From IMG/VR virus record IMGVR_UViG_3300039099_000002: a stretch of DNA of 64,000 nucleotides; one strand, given 5' to 3'. A model generated the notes under the pieces. The model saw only the letters and a list, made by a program, of their open reading frames with translations, ran no database searches and had not been told where the DNA came from. Position 1 is the stretch's first letter. Each line of letters starts with the position of its first letter. Both the position numbers and the translations under genes were made by a program. This document shows positions 59,876-64,000 of this stretch, piece by piece. The DNA comes from an uncultured virus (IMG/VR IMGVR_UViG_3300039099_000002) (taxonomy: Duplodnaviria; Heunggongvirae; Uroviricota; Caudoviricetes).

Positions 59876-59991
59876 TTTTGTGTTGTTTTTGTTATTTGTT
59901 TTACTTCTACCACTGTAACCCAAGTGAGTTAATATTGCAACTATATTGAGATTAAAATACTCTCTCAATATAGTTTGTCGTCGCCAGAAAT

Positions 59992-60933
59992 TTAATTAGA
60001 TTCGCGTATTAACTTCTTGATGCGATTTATTCCATCTTTGGAATAATGAATACCACCTGTGGGCGTATTCAAATCTAAATGCCATTGCATAACTTCAGCG
60101 AGTGTTTTTAGGTTGTTTACATAAAAGAAGAGTTTACATCTTTTTAGTATTTTTTCTGGCTCATCAAAATTACTAAGATAGCAGCCATCAAATACAGACA
60201 AATCATTAGAAATAAACTTTCTGACAGCAATTAATCTTTGTAAACCGTCAACAACAACGAAATCACCTCTAATACCATCTCCAAAGTTGTCGCCACTTTT
60301 TATTAAACCAGGAAAATTCAATAAAATATCCCTGCAATAAACTCCACCCCTAATACAGTATTCTATATATTGTCTTTGCTGGTATTCCCCCCACTCACTT
60401 CCCCATCCTCGAAAATAATCGGAATTAAGTTTAAGCCCATTGCATTCAACAAAAATTTTGATTTTTTCTTCTAAATTGCACCACTCTACCTCAATTTTGG
60501 TTTTAGGATGTTCAGACATTTGAGGGATGTCCGAAACATTTATTTTGATCTCCTCTTTTCCTTTGAGGATATTTTCTTCTATTATTTCTCTTAGCACCCA
60601 TTCGTACATATTTAGTCTGTACTCACAGTATATTTCTCGTTCTAGTGGTCCTATTGCCCCTGGTGGATAAGGGTATCGCAGATAATCGTATGTTTTTTCT
60701 TCTACGCGAGAAATTATTGTTTCTATTTCGCGCCCAGTTAATTCACCAGAGTTATCCTCTTCCACAAAAATCAAAAAATCGCCAACCTCAACTTCTAAAT
60801 TACCGCGAAAATTTTGGGCGTACTCTTTATCGTCGTAATCATCATAAAGCGTCTCAGCTAATTTACAAAAATTAGAATGTGTCAATGGATGTCTGACTTG
60901 TTTCGATGAATTTGTTTTTTTGATTATTCTCAT
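59992..60933 (-). CDS. DUF262-like protein with N-terminal ASCH/DUF3850-like segment
   Basis: VGDFLIFVE...TGRE; LNSDYFRG..W, VVDGLQRL. Confidence 0.65.
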   Translation of the reverse strand: MRIIKKTNSSKQVRHPLTHSNFCKLAETLYDDYDDKEYAQNFRGNLEVEVGDFLIFVEEDNSGELTGREIETIISRVEEKTYDYLRYPYPPGAIGPLEREIYCEYRLNMYEWVLREIIEENILKGKEEIKINVSDIPQMSEHPKTKIEVEWCNLEEKIKIFVECNGLKLNSDYFRGWGSEWGEYQQRQYIEYCIRGGVYCRDILLNFPGLIKSGDNFGDGIRGDFVVVDGLQRLIAVRKFISNDLSVFDGCYLSNFDEPEKILKRCKLFFYVNNLKTLAEVMQWHLDLNTPTGGIHYSKDGINRIKKLIRESN

Positions 60934-60966
60934 TGTTTTCTGGTTTTGATGTTTTTGTATACAACT

Positions 60967-60995
60967 ATATTACTGTGGTTAACGAAGAAAGTCAA
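60967..60995 (-). promoter_or_regulatory. class I repeated promoter
   Basis: TTGACT-17-TAATAT, spacer GTTAACCA. Confidence 0.7.
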
Positions 60996-61269
60996 GGCTT
61001 TTGCAAAAAATTAAATTTTTAATTTTTCGCAAAAGAATATTTACAAAGACAGTATTTAAGCGTCAATAAGGAAGATAAGTAGGAAATTTTGAATATTATT
61101 AATGATGTTTAGAGTCAGGATATCTATGCTATAATAATCCTATATCTCCCGTCTTTATATATCGAATTTTTATGACCACCCCAGCAAACCACCGCACTTT
61201 GCGCGAAGTGCGGTGGTTTGCATCAATAGATACAACTATAGAAACACCAACCCATGTTTTCTCAAAATA

Positions 61270-61593
61270 TCAATCCGAATTCTCAAGTGCATCAGATATT
61301 AAAATCCTAACAATCTCAGATTTTTTGCGCTTAGTTTTTGCTGCCAAAATAGATAATTTTGTGTGCAAAGATTCTGGCAGATCTACCGTGAAACGAATCA
61401 CAGCTTCCTTTTGTGTGGGAATTTCGTTTATTTTCTGTATAGTTGTTTTGATTGTACTTGTTGGGGCTTCTTTTGTGGTATACAACTCCACCGTTTTACT
61501 CGGAACTAAATCATTGTCGTTGATATTTTGTTCTTTTCCAAAAACAAACTCTTTGACAATGGACTCGTCTAGCGGTTTTCTAGTTTTATTTAT
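61270..61593 (-). CDS. ribbon-helix-helix plasmid partition protein (ParG/CopG-like); apparent start is ATA
   Basis: KEAVIRFTVDLPESLHTKLSILAAKTKRKKSEIVR; frame open back to INKTRKPLDESIVKEFVFG. Confidence 0.7.
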   Translation of the reverse strand: MNKTRKPLDESIVKEFVFGKEQNINDNDLVPSKTVELYTTKEAPTSTIKTTIQKINEIPTQKEAVIRFTVDLPESLHTKLSILAAKTKRKKSEIVRILISDALENSD

Positions 61594-61695
61594 GATTCAA
61601 AAATGATAATATCTCTTCAAAAAGATCTTGATATTCTTTCCTTGATTTTGAGGACTCCTTTACTGATAAATTTCCACCAAGAGGAAAGCGGTAGC
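61586..61695 (-). pseudogene. 3' remnant of ParA-like ATPase
   Basis: ...SSKSRKEYQDLFEEILSFLNHK* overlapping the RHH gene start; cut upstream by the MITE. Confidence 0.5.
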
Positions 61696-61696
61696 G

Positions 61697-61974
61697 TTGG
61701 GAGCTTCGCGTCTTCAGACCGAAGGGGAAAACGCACACGGGCGAATTGATTCGCCTTCAATATTGTGTTATAATTAAGTTGTCAGTACAAGACATAAAAA
61801 CCTACCGGGGGACTCTCGGAAAGTATACGCTTGTCAGATATGATTTCGCCCTTTGGGCAAACGAAGTCAGGGCAAGAACCCAATATTAAGGCAATGTCTG
61901 AAACTGGGATAACTGAGGGACATAGACTGAACCCCTCTATAGAATCTGCGTCTCTTTAGAGCGCAGAGTGTCAA
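61697..61974 (+). mobile_element. non-autonomous IS200/IS605-derived element with omegaRNA-like right end
   Basis: Left-end hairpins, internal TTGATT-17-TATAAT, CTACCGGGGGACTCTCGGAAAG..ACGCTTG, terminal AGAATCTGCGTCTCTTTAGAGCGCAGAGTGTCAA; no ORF. Confidence 0.75.
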
Positions 61975-61975
61975 A

Positions 61976-62548
61976 CAGATACAGATGTGTTATCAATGGC
62001 TAGAAAGTTTAAATATGTCCCCAATACTCACTCGTGAGCCAGGAGGAACAGAATTGGGGACAGATTTGCGGAAGTTGTTACTAGAAAAGTCTCACAACAA
62101 TCCAATTGGCGAAATTACAGAACTCTTGCTGTATGCGGCAGACAGAGCGCAACACATCGCAGAAAAACTAAAACCAAATTTAGCAGCAAATAAGTTTATT
62201 TTATGCGATCGCTACACCGACTCGACAATTGCGTACCAAGGCTACGGCAGAGGTTTAAGCTTTAATTTAATAAATCAACTAAATCAAATTGCTACAGGCG
62301 GATTGGAAAGCGATTTAACTATTTGGCTAGATGTAGATGTAGAAGTTGGACTTTCGCGTAAACGTGGGCAATCTGCACCAGACAGAATTGAGCAGGAAAC
62401 TATAGAATTTCATCGGCGTGTGCAGCATGGCTATATGGAATTGCACAAACTCAACCCATACAGAATTGTGCGAATAGACGGAAACGCAGATAAAAATATA
62501 ATTCAAAAAAAATACAGGAAATGTTACGAAATTTTCTACTTCCAGTAA
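61976..62548 (+). pseudogene. tmk: thymidylate kinase lacking the N-terminal P-loop
   Basis: TREPGGT, ELLLYAADRAQH, CDRYTDSTIAYQGYGRG present; frame starts at QIQMCYQW right after the element; probable extra frameshift at A8 near 62510. Confidence 0.85.
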
Positions 62549-62566
62549 AATATCCTGAATTGAAAA

Positions 62567-62956
62567 TTAGATAAGGCTAGTGAACATTATCAACCTTACT
62601 TTTTGCATTTTGATGTCCAATTTTTTCTTAATTGCATTTCCAACTATTGAAGCAAAATCTTCAATAAAACTGATTTCTTTTTCGATGATTGAATCATCGG
62701 ACATTTCTTCATAATTGCCGATAACATAGCCAACCACATAGTCATCATCATCGTTACCCACACCTGTTTGTATGATTTTGATTTTTGTGTTTTTATCAAA
62801 AAACGTACCCACACCTGTTTGTATGATTTTGATTTTTGCGTTTTTATCAAAAAACGTCTCTTCAGTTTCACAATAATTTAAAAAAATATCTTCTGGCATT
62901 TCCGAGCAAGGAATTCTAACGCCAAGCATTAAGTATGTCTTCATCGTTTGACTCAT
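62567..62956 (-). CDS. hypothetical protein with 51-bp internal duplication
   Basis: TFFDKN(A/T)KIKIIQTGVG twice. Confidence 0.65.
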   Translation of the reverse strand: MSQTMKTYLMLGVRIPCSEMPEDIFLNYCETEETFFDKNAKIKIIQTGVGTFFDKNTKIKIIQTGVGNDDDDYVVGYVIGNYEEMSDDSIIEKEISFIEDFASIVGNAIKKKLDIKMQKVRLIMFTSLI

Positions 62957-62969
62957 GTTCCTATCCCTT

Positions 62970-63575
62970 TTAGTTTTCTGTTTTTTCTCTAGAATTTAGC
63001 GACGCTATTATTGTCTGCTGATCAATAATAATATCCATCAGTTGCTCTACTGTTAGCTTTCTGAAGGCTTCAATATCTAATGCGGTAGATTCTCCAATCT
63101 GGTTTTTTATTTTTTCTAATTTTTTATTGTTATTTTTTACCGCTTTTTTTACATCTTCCTGTTCTTTCGCTATTTTCGCCACCCTCTCTTTTTCTTCCCA
63201 ATCTTTTAATATTTCTTGTCCGCGAAGTTTTTGCGCTTCAAACATTGATTTGTCTTGGTCTGACAAAATCAGTGATTCTAAATCCGCAGATTTATTAATA
63301 ATTTTTCCACCAATTATTTTCAAGAAACCAACATTTGTTTCTATACTATGCTGCTTCACTGCTTCAGTAAATCGGTAGAATCCATCTTCTAAATTGTCTA
63401 CCATTATCTTGCTTATGTGACATCCGCCGTGATATGCAATGTCTTTCCCTCTTTCTGAATCATCAAACGATGTGCCGTAATATTGCAAAATTCCGAAGTT
63501 TGGCATACCTACAATCGCTAAATGTGCCTTAATTCCCTCTCTATGGTGTGTTTTTAGGTTAATGAAGTTTTGCAT
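62970..63575 (-). CDS. hypothetical protein, N-domain paralogous to 1212..1688, coiled-coil C-terminus
   Basis: DNLEDGFYRFTEA, GFLKIIGG. Confidence 0.7.
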   Translation of the reverse strand: MQNFINLKTHHREGIKAHLAIVGMPNFGILQYYGTSFDDSERGKDIAYHGGCHISKIMVDNLEDGFYRFTEAVKQHSIETNVGFLKIIGGKIINKSADLESLILSDQDKSMFEAQKLRGQEILKDWEEKERVAKIAKEQEDVKKAVKNNNKKLEKIKNQIGESTALDIEAFRKLTVEQLMDIIIDQQTIIASLNSREKTEN

Positions 63576-63613
63576 TGTTTTCTTTTTTGTTTTTGGTTTT
63601 TGTCTATATATCT

Positions 63614-63641
63614 ATAATACTATGGTCAACAAAAAAGTCAA
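63614..63641 (-). promoter_or_regulatory. class I repeated promoter
   Basis: TTGACT-16-TATTAT, spacer GTTGACCA. Confidence 0.65.
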
Positions 63642-64000
63642 CTAAAATTATTGCATATTAAACCACTCCTAACTTTTTTCTTCAGCTTGGGAGTTGATTC
63701 TACTAGTCGGGAAATGTCACCCATGCTGGCACAGTCGAATAGTTTCTTGTAGTTAGATTCTGCCCATTCTCTGACCTTCAACTCGTCCTCTTCTATGGCG
63801 AATTGAAAATAATTAGACATTACGGTTGGCAGATCATTCTTAATTACCAGTCTGTAGCCTGACACTCCATTTAGAGCGAACATAGGAACTGCAAAGCCAC
63901 CGTCAAGCTGCATTAGCTTTATTTCACTTATTTGGAATTCATAAGCAAAATTGTCTGCGTCTTTTCCGTGCTGCTCAAGCAGCTTTCTTGCTCTACTCCA
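63638..64000 (-). CDS. hypothetical protein (probably partial, starts beyond window)
   Basis: ORF 63638..63913 whose frame appears open toward the window edge. Confidence 0.5.
   Translation of the reverse strand, partial: WSRARKLLEQHGKDADNFAYEFQISEIKLMQLDGGFAVPMFALNGVSGYRLVIKNDLPTVMSNYFQFAIEEDELKVREWAESNYKKLFDCASMGDISRLVESTPKLKKKVRSGLICNNFS

Noticed and set aside
61172..61606. 144-aa plus-strand ORF
   Set aside because: Antisense to the recognisable RHH gene and starts within a hairpin
61697..61984. Self-splicing IStron restoring tmk
   Set aside because: No tmk 5' exon (P-loop) found left of the element and no group I core recognised
1..64000. tRNA or rRNA genes
   Set aside because: None recognised by eye; a covariance-model scan is needed to exclude them

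Overview
AT-rich segment of a Mu-like contractile-tailed (myovirus) temperate phage or phage-plasmid from a cyanobacterial host. The host inference rests on about 20 HIP1 GCGATCGC sites and on Nostocales-like dnaN and tmk. The window holds head genes (portal, protease/scaffold, decoration, capsid), tail genes (sheath, tube, chaperone, tape measure, baseplate, fibre), a host-type replisome (dnaN, dnaX, unsplit dnaE), two DNA methyltransferases and many small cassette genes behind repeated promoters. The most striking feature is a ~16 kb array between tail tube and tape measure (15.6-31.8 kb). It contains paralogous genes with one shared Cys4-containing N-terminal domain, a Pro/Thr/Ala repeat linker and swappable enzymatic C-termini (several ADP-ribosyltransferase-like domains, a PI3/4K/HipA-like kinase). 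Each gene is paired with a small partner gene whose family tracks the C-terminal type, as expected for a phage polymorphic toxin-immunity system. Also notable: a ~158-bp tandem array whose ~360-bp flank recurs inverted 32 kb away, a promoter-driven omegaRNA-like MITE lacking TnpB at a truncated tmk, and a candidate +1 frameshift in the tail chaperone. Several frameshifts and truncations indicate decay or sequencing indels. All family assignments are from motif recognition by eye; no database searches were run.
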